Source of the DNA: Octopus sinensis
Taxonomy: Eukaryota
Reading direction: 5' to 3'
Assembly: GCF_006345805.1 (NCBI RefSeq)
Contig: NC_043004.1
Location: 9,796,001-9,860,000 of the forward strand
DNA length: 64,000 nucleotides
The position numbers were made by a program, and so were the translations under genes. This document shows positions 43,023-55,499 of this stretch, piece after piece. The notes under the pieces were generated by a model that was not told the DNA's origin, ran no database searches, and saw nothing but the letters and a program-made list of their open reading frames with translations. Every line of letters begins with the position of its first letter. The stretch's first letter is position 1.

Positions 43023-43117
43023 CACATATATATATATACGCACACACATATATATATACACACACATGAAATGGTAGAGAAAGACCGATGATTTTAGTGT
43101 GCGTACGTGTATGTGTT

Positions 43118-43152
<35 letters not shown>

Positions 43153-43369
43153 TGTGTGTGCGTGTGCGTGTGTGTGTGCGTGTGTGTACGCGCGCCCCTG
43201 ACAAAATAAATGTTAAGACATTTCTTGTTCCTCTTACTGAAGTCATCGTTGTTCTTGTTATTGTTGTTTTTGCTTTCATAGACTTTTGTCGATTATATCA
43301 TCGTTATTGTTGTTGCTGTTGCAGTCATTGTTATCAGCAATCCGTTGTTGTTGTTGTTGCTGCTGCAGC

Positions 43370-43770
43370 TGAACAATCTCTTCTTCTTCTCCTCCTCCTT
43401 CCCTTCCTCTTCATTCTGCTCCTCCTCGTATTCCTCCTCTGTTGTCTTCTTTGTTCTCCTGTTTCTTCTTCTCTTCCCTCTTCCTTTTCTCTTCCGCCTA
43501 CTCTTCCTTCTCCTCCCTTCTTCTCCTCATCCTCCTTCTTCCTTTTCTTCGTCTTCTTCTCCAACTCCTCTTCCTTCTCCTCCCTTCTCCTCTTCCTCCC
43601 CTTCTCTTCTTCCTTCTCCTTCTCGTGGTCTCTTTTTCTTCATCTTCTCCACATCCTCCTTCTTCCTCTTCTTTTTTTCTTCTTCTTCTTCTTCTTCTCC
43701 TCCTCCTCCTCCCTCTTCTTCTTCTTCTTCTCTTCTCCACCACCTCTTTCTTCTACTCCTTCAATTGCTT
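43370..43770. repeat. (CTT/CCT)n polypyrimidine tract
   Basis: Direct inspection. Confidence 0.9.
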
Positions 43771-44391
43771 CTAGCATTTTAAAATCCGACCCATTTTCTT
43801 CTTGATGCCTGCTTTTGTTGTTGTGATTTGCTTTACACAGCACCGACCAACCTTCATCTACAAGACATTATGGCACCATGGTTCTTAGAAAGTCTCTTTA
43901 CGGCTGCCTGACTTCGATGAAACAGCAGCCAAATTTTCCTCAAACTGCATCGCTACTTTCTTTTCAAGAACAAAGAGGATCAACACTGAATGATGACTTT
44001 CTGTCTGTTCTCTTCGTAAAAAAGAATAACGGGATGGGCAGCGGAGGAATGTCTTTAATCGTAGACCGGTTCTTTAAAGCTGATGTTTGGATGAAATAAC
44101 AGCAGAATCACTTAACGGATTCATATCATTCCTCCATCCGGTTGAGGAGTTCAGTGTTAATTTGACATGCATTTGCTGATTATACGGTCCTGATGGAAAG
44201 GCGTGCGGCGGTCAACGACATTCTAATATCGTCTACTTTCCAAACATAATGACATTATACAGCCTCGGTCTCTGGATGACCGTTACTAAGAACGGAGATC
44301 TCTTCATCTCTTCACAATGTGAATCGGGGTTGGCATTCGAATGAGGAGGCAAGCAATATAAAGAGTAAACACACACATACATACACACACA

Positions 44392-44422
<31 letters not shown>

Positions 44423-44984
44423 CTCTTACACACTCACACACACACACAACATATATATAATTCTGTTTGTTATTTATCGTGAAGTTCTTGAGTTTCTAGA
44501 GGTAATGCTGTATAGCACTATTTCATCCTTTTTTAGGGATCTTCAGCATGAATTATCTTGTAGATTATGAAATTTGTCTCTCCAATATGTATTCATAAAA
44601 GGGTTTGACTGTTTTTAACGGTTAAAACCTCAAGTTGAGCTAAAGTTGTTTGTTTTAGGTCATTAACATTATCCCCAAAAGTACGTCATTCACCTCGTAA
44701 AAATGAACCTCGCGTTTATATAAGTAACTCAATATGTTATCAATTACACAGTAACTCGTTATCTAATATAGTGAATAATTGTGAAACGGATATCAAAGCA
44801 CCTATCTAAGCCACTGTAAAATCACTAAATTACGTCCCCGTGGTCTCAAATGCAATTCTTAAGCGACCTGTGATGGTTCGTTTCTCACTAAAGGTTTGGA
44901 GCAAAACCAATTATATACATGTTTGAGGGAGCTTTTACGAGTCTTTATGTGAACTATAAATGTACTTTTAATTTGCTTGGCACG

Positions 44985-45162
44985 TAAAAGCACCTACTAC
45001 ACTCTCGGAGTGGTTGGCGTTAGGAAGGGCATCCAGCTGTAGAAACTCTGCCACATCAGACTGGAGTCTGGTGCAGCCATCTGGTTCGCCAGACCTCAGT
45101 CAAATCGTCCAACCCATGCTAGCATGGAAAGCGGACGTTAAACGATGATGATGATGATGAGT
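44985..45162 (+). mobile_element. RTE-type LINE/SINE 3' end with (GAT)n tail
   Basis: tggttggcgttaggaagggcatccagctgtagaaac...gcatggaaagcggacgttaaacgatgatgatg. Confidence 0.6.
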
Positions 45163-46127
45163 TGGAACACGATAGCTCGAGCTATGTATGACTACTTAAG
45201 CAAACTAATTTTAAAGTCTCACAGCAAGCAATACATTAACAGAATTTTCTGTGATGTATTTAGTGTGGTAAAATTCCAGTTATTACCTACAACACCGGGA
45301 GCCCACTCAATTATCCAGGGTGCTGTAATGGTTTGTCTTCTAATATTTTTAAATGTTTACACATTTTTGACAAACAGACATTTACAACATTTATACGTAT
45401 TGTCTGATGGATGTCTCAGAAATGGCGCCACAATGTTGGTAACAATATCGTAAATAAAAGCCTTGTCAAAAATAATACTGACACTAAAAAAAACTCATGG
45501 ACAGAACTTGTACAATAGAAAATAGACACCCACCAAAAACTAAAAGTAGTTGCAAACATTAATATGAATGCAAAAAAATAACAGAATATACAACACCAAA
45601 ATAAACTTCCGTCATTTAATAAAATAATTTTTTTAAAAATAGGCAATGAAATAACTAAAGACACGGAGCTTCAATTTTAAGCAATTGTTCACACAAAGAT
45701 TGAAAGATATGGGTTTAAAAACTGTACTTAGAGTAACAAGAACATTAACAACAATAATACTACTAATAATTGTCACTTGTCTATGCTATGCATAAAAAAG
45801 ACTGATTCAGATAGATAGAAGGGGGAAAAAAGGATCGGAAGAGGAATGTCACCAAAGACAGTGCATCCTTGCCTGACAAATCTATCCGACAAAGAGGAAG
45901 AGACTGGCAGAATTGGAGTAGCACAGACTATAACAGTCCTCCCACCGAATAAAACGCATATACTGTAGCATTACCCTACAGGCTAATACCACAGTATATG
46001 TGTCTTATGAACACCAGGATCGTAATAAATTTTCGCACGTATAATGATTTGTCTGATGTTTTGTGCAACGGAATGAGTATCTAGTGAATAGAAAGGTAAT
46101 TTGCAAAAGCATGTGTTTAGGTGAGGG

Positions 46128-46172
<45 letters not shown>

Positions 46173-46216
46173 GAGAGAGAGAGAGAGAGATTGATAGCTA
46201 GACAGATAGATAGATA

Positions 46217-46261
<45 letters not shown>

Positions 46262-46262
<1 letters not shown>

Positions 46263-46500
46263 TAAGTTTCTTTATTAGCCAACCAGGGCCGAATACAGAG
46301 GGGACAAAATACAATGTAAAGCTATTCTTTTCGAAAATAGAAAAAAAAAGAAAATTTCAATGAAAAGGGATTATGTGGGAAAAAAAACGATCAAAAGGGA
46401 TCGTGTATCAGAATAATTTTAAAAGTGTAAAAAGCAAGATTAGGTTTATTCGTGGAAAGAAAAGCCTACGGAAAAGACCTAGGTAACCTCAGGCAGGGAA
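46262..46500 (-). mobile_element. L1/Tx1-like LINE 3' end
   Basis: Minus strand ends ...tttgtcccctctgtattcggccctggttggctAATAAAgaaac next to a (TC)n tract. Confidence 0.35.
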
Positions 46501-46819
46501 TAAACACATGAGATCAAAGTGCTCTCTCTCGGTTCCACCCACCCACCAGTGGTCTTTCAGCGCGCCGGACACCATCCCAGAATTTCTGCGTACCCGTGCT
46601 ATTGCTAGAGAGCCGTTGAGCTTACACTAGGTTCTTCTGACCTTTCAGCAGGTTTTGTTATTAATCCTGCTAGGTTTCTAGCAGCCCTCCTCAACAAGAT
46701 AGCCTGGTAGGGGTGTCAGTTTAGTCGCTGGCAACCCGATCATGCATTAGGTTGTACAGGATTCCATGCTATCAGTAGCACTTATAAGGGCCTCATAAGT
46801 GACCTGACATACATACATA

Positions 46820-47300
46820 GCCACTCATAATAAGAAGGAGTACTGGTGGAATGCCCCAGCGAAAACCTCAATAAAATGTAAACGCAATAGACCTGATATT
46901 ATGATTTGGAATAGAGAAGAGAAATTGTGTACAGTTGTGGAAATCAGCTGCCCAGCAGATGTTAACATAAAGCTAAAGATCAGCGAAAACGAGAATACTT
47001 ACACTGAACTGTTGAGAAATCTGCAGTTACTCTATCCAGACTACAAGTTCAGGTTTATACCTGTAATTATTGGGAACCTGGGATATGTAACACACTGCCT
47101 AAATACCAATTATGAGAAATTAGACTTCTCAAATCCAGAAAAGAGAAACCTGATTTGAAGACTACAGATTCAATTCATCACTGGAATTGTAAAATTCTGT
47201 AAAACTTTCCAGAAGTTTATCATTTAATTATATATGAGCATGTCTAGATATGCAAGTATATGCATGAGGAGACATACATAAAACATACAAATCTGCACAT
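46820..47300 (+). mobile_element. R4/Dong-like REL element 3' portion (same family as 28590-29440)
   Basis: EYWWNAPAKTSIKCKRNRPDIMIWNREEKLCTVVEISCPADVNIKLK...; the 3' UTR matches 28590-28670 and runs into (CATA)n. Confidence 0.85.
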
Positions 47301-47327
47301 ACATACACACATACATACATACATATA

Positions 47328-48617
47328 CAGGGTGGGGAAGCAAAATTTACAATATTTTGAGGCAGGGATTGAAAGACTGTGTATGACCAATTAGTTTATT
47401 GAAAGTCATGAGAATTTATTTGTCACAAGAAAATTTACATAATAGAAAATGTTTTTATTCTATGTGTCCTCCTCTTTTCTCAGTAACTACCTTTACACGC
47501 TTCCTGAAACTTGCGCAAGTGTTCCTCAAATATTCGGGAGACAACTTCTCCCATTCTTCTTTAATAGTATCTTTAAGAAAGTCGACATTGCTGTGTGATG
47601 TTCTATTGGTAGCATGTTCTAAAACGCCCCAAATAGCACAATCCAGAGGGTTTAGATCTGAGCTAGACAGCAGCCATAAACATGATTCCAAAAAATTGCT
47701 GAAGTTGGATTTGCAGAAATCTTGTATTTTTCTAGCTGTTTGGGCTGGAGCACCATCCTGTATCCATACATAATTACCATCTGGGTAGTTTGCTTTAAGC
47801 CATGGCAATACCTGGTATCTTAGAGTCTTGTAGTAAGTATTAACATTGATCTTTTCATCAGCTTTGTAGAATTTTATGGGCATTTTCTTTCCATCGGAAG
47901 CCACAACACCAAAAGCCAGAACTTGAGCAGGATGTTTTGTTTCGAATGTCCCCTTAACCTCAGCTGTCAATTTTGCGATAAATCTGTCATTTCTGCAATT
48001 CAAAACAGCATCGACAGTGAAGATCTTTTCATCTGAAAAGATCGTTAAAATGTAGGACTTTTTCTTGAACCATGTGATAATTTTCTTGCACCTTTCCAAT
48101 CTCTTTTCCTTCATAGCTGTTGTCAACAAGTGTTTTGGTGTTCTTGTGTAAGATTTTAACCTCAAATCATATTTTATTGCATTTCTAATGGTCTTGTTGT
48201 CTACCTCAAGTTCAACTGCCATTTTCCTCATGGATTTGGTTGGGTCCTTTCGGATTTGGGATGTGAGAGCTTTAATAAAAGCTTTGGTACGTATTTTGTT
48301 GATTCCTCCACTTCCAGACTTCCTCGTAATAGTTTTGTTCATAGTCATTCTATTCTTTACGTTATAAACAGTCTTTATGGACACTCCAACTATTCTTGAA
48401 ATTTCCTTTGGTGTGACGAGTGCATTCAGCAAATCACACATTCTTTGATGTTTGCTTTCCTGATTACTTATATGGGCAAAAGTTTCTGAAAAGGTAAGGA
48501 TAATAGTGTTAGGTATGATTATGACATTAATATATGCTAAGTTTCAAAACAATTGACTTAGTCCCTGCTGAGAAAAAACAGCTTAACTTTCATTGTAAAT
48601 TTTGCTTCCCCACCCTG
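47328..48617 (-). mobile_element. Full-length Tc1/mariner transposon, DD37D (maT) family, 1290 bp
   Basis: Perfect 26-bp TIRs cagggtggggaagcaaaatttacaat; TA target-site duplication at 47326-27 and 48618-19. Confidence 0.95.
47455..48441 (-). CDS. DD37D transposase, 328 aa open frame, probably inactive
   Basis: FSDEK...WIQDGAPA...SSDLNPLD with 37 aa spacing. Deviations at normally conserved sites (GAPAQ for GAPAH, WLLSSS for WPPSSP, PLDC for PLDY); the likely original ATG upstream reads ATA. Confidence 0.85.
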   Translation of the reverse strand: MCDLLNALVTPKEISRIVGVSIKTVYNVKNRMTMNKTITRKSGSGGINKIRTKAFIKALTSQIRKDPTKSMRKMAVELEVDNKTIRNAIKYDLRLKSYTRTPKHLLTTAMKEKRLERCKKIITWFKKKSYILTIFSDEKIFTVDAVLNCRNDRFIAKLTAEVKGTFETKHPAQVLAFGVVASDGKKMPIKFYKADEKINVNTYYKTLRYQVLPWLKANYPDGNYVWIQDGAPAQTARKIQDFCKSNFSNFLESCLWLLSSSDLNPLDCAIWGVLEHATNRTSHSNVDFLKDTIKEEWEKLSPEYLRNTCASFRKRVKVVTEKRGGHIE

Positions 48618-48854
48618 TACATACATACATACATACATACATACATACATACATACATACATACATACATGCATACATACATATATACATTCAAACATAC
48701 GTACATACATACATACATACATACATACATACATACATACATACATACTTATGGAGGCAATTATGCGGATAAACATATCATATATATTAAATATAGCAGC
48801 TTGAGTATGAAGTACAGAATATGAATGTATGTGCGTGTATAATACATACATATA

Positions 48855-48914
<60 letters not shown>

Positions 48915-48962
48915 AATATAATAATAATATAATATATTAATAATAATAATAATAATAATATG

Positions 48963-51065
48963 AGGGAGTATATCCAAACTTACAGGGAAAAAATTAGATT
49001 TAGGATAAATCAATTTCACAGTATAAATATTAAATTAAATTAGAGATAAAACCACTATTAGGCAAGCCAAATAATGATAGACATAAACCAAAACATAAAA
49101 AATATATATATAATTAATATAATATATAATATATATAAAATATAAAATTTAAAATTAAATTATTAAAATTTTAAATTTATATTTTTTAATTTTTATATTC
49201 TTTAATTTTTTAATTTTTAAACTTTTAATTTTTTATATAACTAACCAAAAAGTATAAAAAAGTTAAATATAATATAATAAGTAAAAACACTACGTACGTT
49301 TCATGGCTATAATTCAATTCGAATTACAATTAAGTTTAAATTTAATTGAAAATTCGAATTAAAATTATAGTCAATCTTCAGGTTAATGATAATAGTTAAA
49401 TAAATAAGCAAATAGACTAAATAATATTTTTTAAATAAATAAAATGATAATTTTTCTTATAAAAAACTCTGTCATCTAAATTAGAAACTTAAAACATTAG
49501 GATTATGTCATACAACCCATTTATTATGTTAAATATTAATTTTTAAGGTAAAAAATAGATAGAAAAATGTATTATCTATTAAGATATAATATGGCTTTAA
49601 AAACATAATAAACTCACGAATGTCCTTAACTCAGTTATAGTCCAATATCTAATTACCAAATTATTTAACAAGATAATCACTATTCATATTTTAAAATTTA
49701 AGTTCAGATCTAATAATTATAAAATATTTTAAAATAATAACTAAATTATTATCAACAAATATAATAATTAAGATCTAAAATTTACTCTATCAATAAATAT
49801 ATAACATATAATGAAAAATAAATAAATCAATTAATCCATTATTACTTACGTAAATATTAAATATTAATATAATATATTTATGAAATATATTAAAAGATTA
49901 AAGATTAAAAAGCAAATTATAAATGTATAACTTATCTTAAAAGAACCGTATAACTATTTAACGATCTATATATCTCGTTGGCTAAGTAATAACTTACAAA
50001 TAACGAACAGTTATAATCTAATAATGAAATACATATCTTCAACAACTAAATAATTATAGAATCAAATTAACAATCAGTAGTTATATAGTATTCAATACAA
50101 TACAACAAAACTTATTAAAATAACTCTAATAGAAAATGTTTACTTAGCTTTCAAAAATCGTGTTATTAACTAAAATTAGGTTATACTAAAATAGGTTATA
50201 CGTTTATAATTTGCTTTTTAATCTTTAATCTTTTAATATATTTCATAAATATATTATATTAATATTTAATATTTACGTAAGTAATAATGGACTAATTGAT
50301 TTATTTATTTTTCATTATATGTTACATATTTATTGATATATTATTATATTATTATTATATTTGTTGATAATAATTTAGTTATATTTTTAAATATTTTATA
50401 ATTATTAGATCTGAACTTAAATTTTAAAATATGAATAGTGATTATCTTGTTAAATAATTTGGTAATTAGATATTGGACTATAACTGAGTTAAGGATATTT
50501 GTGAGTTTATTATGTTTTTTAAAGCCATATTATATCTTAATAGATAAATACATTTTTCTATCTATTTTTTTACCTTAAAAATTAATATTTACATAATAAA
50601 TGGGTTGTATGACATAATCCTAATGTTTTAAGTTTCTAATTTAGATAATACAGTGTTTTATAAGAAAAAATATTATTTTATTTATTTTTAAAAAATATTG
50701 TTTAACTCTATTTGCTTATTTATTTAACTATTATCATTAACCTGAACATTGACTATAATTTTAATTCGAATTTTCAATTAAATTTAAACTTAATTGTAAT
50801 TCGAATTGAATTATAGCCATGAAAAGTACGTAGTGTTTTTACTTATATTATATTTAACTTTTTTATACTTTTTGGTTAGTTATATAAAAAAATTAAGTTT
50901 AAAAATTTAAAAATTTAAAAATTTAAAACTTTAATTTTAAATTTTATATTTCATATATATATTACATATTATATTAATTATATATATTTTTTGTTTTTTA
51001 TGTTTTGGCTTATTGTCTATCATTGTTTGGGTTGCCTAATAGTGGTTTTATCTCTAATTTAATTT
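48963..51065. mobile_element. Very AT-rich PLE-derived fold-back element with about 0.9-kb inverted arms
   Basis: 49030-49932 is the reverse complement of about 50195-51065 with scattered differences. The left terminus matches 17537-17605, and each arm has an HHR-like motif. Confidence 0.7.
49285..49386 (-). ncRNA. Hammerhead-like motif with long stem II (about 72-nt hairpin)
   Basis: CTGAAGA (reverse complement of 49375-81), long hairpin, GAAA-CGTACG-TA. Stem I has only 2 bp. The mirror copy at 50737-50837 has core mutations. Confidence 0.4.
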
Positions 51066-51070
51066 ATATA

Positions 51071-51469
51071 CTCTTTACTCTTTACTCTTTTACTTGTTTA
51101 AGTCATTTGACTGCGGCCATGCTGGAGCACCGCCTTTAGTCGAGCAAATTGACCCCGGGACTTATTCTTTGTAAGCCCAGTACTTATTCTATAGGTCTCT
51201 TTTGCCGAACCGCTAAGTGACGGGGACGTAAACACACCAGCATCGGTTGTCAAGCAATGCTCGGGGGACAAACACACACACACACACTTATATATATATA
51301 CATATATACGACAGGCTTCTTTCAGATTCCGTCTACCAAATCCACTCACAAGGCATTGGTCGGCCCGGGGCTATAGCAGAAGACACTTGCCCAAGGTGTC
51401 ACGCAGTGGGACTGAACCTGGAACCATGTGGTTGGTTAGCAAGCTACTTACCACACAGCCACTCCTGCG

Positions 51470-51471
<2 letters not shown>
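51071..51471 (-). mobile_element. Full-length SINE family A
   Basis: Near-identical to the reverse complement of 12870-13324. Confidence 0.9.
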
Positions 51472-51565
<94 letters not shown>

Positions 51566-51567
51566 TA

Positions 51568-51622
<55 letters not shown>

Positions 51623-51624
51623 TA

Positions 51625-53990
51625 ATAGATGAGAAAGTTGGTTTGTGAAAGCACGTCGTTGAATATATAGAAAATAGTAAAAAGTGAAAAAAACTACAGA
51701 AGGCTTGTTTTAAAAGGTTAAAAAATATATATTTGAGTCAATATGTCTGAAGAATGTTATAAATTTTTTTTTCTTACAATGACATAATTTAGAAGAAATG
51801 ACCGGTTTCGCGTTCAGCTTTTCAAATTTCTTACATCGTTATGTTTACGTTGAGAAGAGTTATCGTTATGTTTATGTTGAGAAAAGTTCCAGATAAGGGG
51901 AGGTAATAAGTGATTTCTTCCGGTGTAAGGGAGATAATCGCTTAAAATTTTTTGCCTTTCCTTTGGAGTGAATTTCTCTGTATAAGTATGTTGGAATGGT
52001 TAAGTCTGGGCTTGTACTTTTCAATGAAGAATGTTTCCTTGTTTAATCTAATTTGTGTTGGTGTTCCGATAGCACATTGGTAAAATGGAAAGATTAAAAA
52101 TTGTGGTAGTAGTTGCTTTGCGCATTTCTCAATGTGCTCACTAAAGGGTATCATTCTGTATTCTGGGAATGCAATCTGTTGTCGATACAGTGTGCATTTA
52201 CGTCTGAGTGATAGTCCCGTGGATCCCACGTAGTCTTGGTGACAGCCCGAGCATTTTATGACATAAATTATGTTTTCAGAGGCACAAGTAAAATTAGATT
52301 TGATCTTGAATTTCTGTCCCTCTTTGAAGAGGAATTCTGATCCTTCTAGCAGGTTTGGACATGTTGCCCAGTTCGGTCTACCACATTTCTTACTTTTGCA
52401 TCCGTAATTTCAGAAAACAATTTTGCCTTTGTGAGAATCTTTTTAAGTGATTTAGGTTGTTTGTAGCTTTTAATGATTTGGTGTATGTTTAGAATTTCCT
52501 TTAATTTGGGGTCCTTATGAAGTATTGGTAAATTCTGGGTGATGATGGTGAAGGCTTCTTTGTTTCTGGGGTTGTATGTGGATATGTAGGTAGTATATTC
52601 GGGGATGGTGTGTTGTTGTGTTGAACTTTTCTTAAATTTCTATGTTGATTTCTGTTGCACGTCTGATCCCATCCTCTATGAGTTGAGCTGGGTAATGTCT
52701 GTCAATTAGGGTGTTTTTGAGTTCTTGCAGTCAAAAGTTCCTGGTATTTTGTTCTGACACTATGTGCATATCCTTCTTGCAAGGTTGAAGGGGATGTTTT
52801 TTTTAGTGTGTCTTGGGTGGCATGAATTAAAAAGAAGGTATTGTTTGGCGTCTGTGGCTTTGTAAAAATGTCTGTTCTATTTTAAGGTTAATTTTTTTAA
52901 TTAGTATATCCAAGAATGGGAGCTCCTTTTGGTTGTATTCCATTGTGAACTGTATATTTGGGTTTATGCTGTTCAATAGGTTTTTAAATTTTAGGAGTTT
53001 ATCTGTGTTTTCATTCCAGAGTATAAAACAATCGTCCAGGAATCGTTTCCAATTCTCTTTTATGTATTGAGAGAGAAGGTTTCCAAAGATTGATAAAGAT
53101 TCCTGGTAAATGATTATTTCCAGGTAGCCCATTGTTAGGTTCGCAATAACTGGTGCTGCCCTTGTACCCATAGCAATTCCGGATTTTTGACGGTAAAATG
53201 TATTGTCAAACATGAAGTGGTTATTATGTAGGATGAATTCAATTGATTTAGTAATGAGTTCTTTACTGATCCTTTTTGGTATTTATTCCGGAAATTGGTC
53301 CAGCCAGAACTGTATTGCCTCTAGTCCATAATTGTGAGGTATACTGGTATATAAGTTAACTACATCAAATGAAACCATGATTGTTTCTTCCTTGGCTTTT
53401 TTTGGAAGGTGGTTTAACATATCTAAGTCATCTCTGATATGGCTATCGATATGTTTAAGGAAGGGTTTCAGGAGGATGTCCGTAAATAGACTTAGTCTGT
53501 GTGTTTCACAGGTTGGGCCAGCTACAATGGGTCGTAGTTTTAGGTCCCCCGGGTTAGGTGCGTGTATGTATGTCTTTGGTGATGTTTTAATGGTTTCACT
53601 TATAATTTGGCTTTTATGAATTTTTGGCAGACCATAGAAGAGGCTAGGTTTGCATTTAAAGTTTGTTAGAAAGTCAATCTCTTTGGTTGTTAGTTCCTTT
53701 TCATGGGTTTTAATTAGTGAAGATAGAGTTTTCATTATTTTTTGTGGGGTGTAGTTGGTGATTTTTTCATAATGTTGGTTGTCATCAAGCAAGGAAATTA
53801 CAAGATTTCTATAGTATGATGTATCCATTATTACAACTGCATTTCCCTTGTCTGCTTCCTTAATGGTTATATCTTCATCATTTTGAAGTTCTATCAGTTC
53901 CTTCCATTGTGTATGTCCAACAGCCGTTTCTGGTAGCTCCTCCACTTTCATTTTCTCTGTCGTTTGTACTCTGAATAAGTTGGATCTATT
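51625..53990 (-). pseudogene. Penelope-like element (Neptune-type) RT plus GIY-YIG, frameshifted and 5'-truncated
   Basis: ADKGNAVVIM, FYGLPKIHK, LRPIV, FDVVNLYTSIP, GIAMGT, KRFLDDCF, LPFLD; Cys-rich linker KCGRPNWATC; FTCASENIIYVIKCSGCHQDYVGSTG...YKPRLN. Flanked by (TA)n at both ends. Confidence 0.92.
51793..51832 (-). ncRNA. Degenerate minimal hammerhead in the PLE 3' region
   Basis: AAGAAAT-TTGAAAA-GC(tgaac)GC-GAAA-CCGG-TC-ATTTCTT: 7-bp stem I and palindromic stem III, but the core is mutated at C3 and G8. Confidence 0.45.
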
Positions 53991-54078
53991 AATATATATA
54001 TATATATATATTTATACTCAAATATTCATCGTCTGAAATTTTTCACTCTTTGCTTGCTCTCGTTTTCATGTATTATAT

Positions 54079-54110
<32 letters not shown>

Positions 54111-54600
54111 AAATTATTACATTATATAAAAGGGCTTAGTAAAATAAATTACTTTGCCGCATACTGAACTCATTAGAAATAGTAGCTAAAAAAACTTTTT
54201 TAAAACTATTTCTAATACTTAAAGAAAACCTCTCTCATATAGTGTTTGCTCAATTCACTCACGAAAGTATGGGGGTAAAGACATTAAAAAATCAAATGCA
54301 AAGGTTATTTGAGAATAACCTTTGCATTTGATTTTTTAATGTCTTTACCCCCATACTTTCGTGAGTTGAATTGAGCAAACACTATATGAGAGAGGTTTTC
54401 TTTAAGTATTAGAAATAGTTTTAAAAAAGTTTTTTTAGCTACTATTTCTAATGAGTTCAGTATGCGGCAAAGTAATTTATTTTACTAAGCCCTTTTATAT
54501 AATGTAATAATTTGAATTCGCCTTAAATGGTCCCTTTGCATACTGAATACTTGGTGAAATTGATTAATAATTAATTAATTTTACCCTCAATTGTTGGAAT
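54111..54600. repeat. Near-perfect 402-bp palindrome plus 90-bp unique tail, between (TA)n tracts
   Basis: 54111-54309 is the reverse complement of 54314-54512 (4-nt spacer TGAG; one 1-nt indel seen). Confidence 0.9.
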
Positions 54601-54768
54601 ATATATATATATATATATATAATTTATATATAGAGGGCATTATACATACATGCCAGGAGGCATTGTATATACATGCCAAACGCTAAGAGGGACAATCAGT
54701 CATTTCTACCAAAAATATTACTAATCCCACCGAATGCAATTTTTCAAAGTAAGACATTTAAAAATATA

Positions 54769-54814
54769 GGCCTGTATCACAGTGATTTCATACTTACGTA
54801 ATCATCAGCAGGCC
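54769..54814 (-). ncRNA. Type-I hammerhead ribozyme (inverted copy)
   Basis: Exact reverse complement of 55191-55236. Confidence 0.8.
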
Positions 54815-55190
54815 TGAATGTATTATAAATAAACAACGACCCTGCCTTGGCATGTATATACAATGCCTCCTGGCATGTATGTATAATGCCCTCTATATAT
54901 AAATTAATATGTTCAATAAGAAATAATTTTTTTCGAAATTTTTTCTCTTATGAGGTTTTTACGCTATCTACCTGACAATTTCTTGTTAAGTTTTCCTTAT
55001 TAAGTGGTTGTCCTTAATTGCTAAATTTTTATTCCGAAAAAACTTTTCCTCTCCCGAAATGCAATTCGTAAAAGTTTACCATTTACCCGGATGTAATATA
55101 TATAAACTCACCCATGTGCTTCGTTGATGTTGATCAGTTAGCTGATCGGCTTAAGCGAGGCAGGGTCGTTGTTTATTTATAATACATTCA

Positions 55191-55236
55191 GGCCTGCTGA
55201 TGATTACGTAAGTATGAAATCACTGTGATACAGGCC
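55191..55236 (+). ncRNA. Type-I hammerhead ribozyme with canonical core
   Basis: GGCCTG-CTGATGA-tTAC(gtaa)GTAt-GAAA-TCAC(t)GTGA-TA-CAGGCC; predicted cleavage after A55230. Confidence 0.85.
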
Positions 55237-55499
55237 TATATTTTTAAATGTCTTACTTTGAAAAATTGCATTCGGTGGGATTAGTAATATTTTTGGTAGA
55301 AATGACTGATTGTCCCTCTTAGCGTTTGGCATGTATATACAATGCCTCCTGGCATGTATGTATAATGCCCTCTATATATAAATTAATATGTTCAATAAGA
55401 AATAATTTTTTTCGAAATTTTTTCTCTTATGAGGTTTTTACGCTATCTACCTGACAATTTCTTGTTAAGTTTTCCTTATTAAGTGGTTGTCCTTAATTG

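Noticed and set aside
43107-43843. Poly-S/L/E/K/R ORFs (also 23945-24895, 60189-60789)
   Set aside because: Translations of CTT/CCT/GA simple repeats.
45415-45720. tggcgcc PBS-like motif suggesting an LTR retrotransposon
   Set aside because: No adjacent LTR or gag/pol similarity found.
48963-51065. Possible mitochondrial control-region NUMT because of extreme AT content
   Set aside because: No mitochondrial gene or tRNA is recognisable. The terminus matches a dispersed repeat at 17537-17605, and it carries PLE-type motifs.
54430-54485. CTAATGA...AAAGTA inside the palindrome as a possible hammerhead
   Set aside because: The core is broken and there is no stem I pairing.
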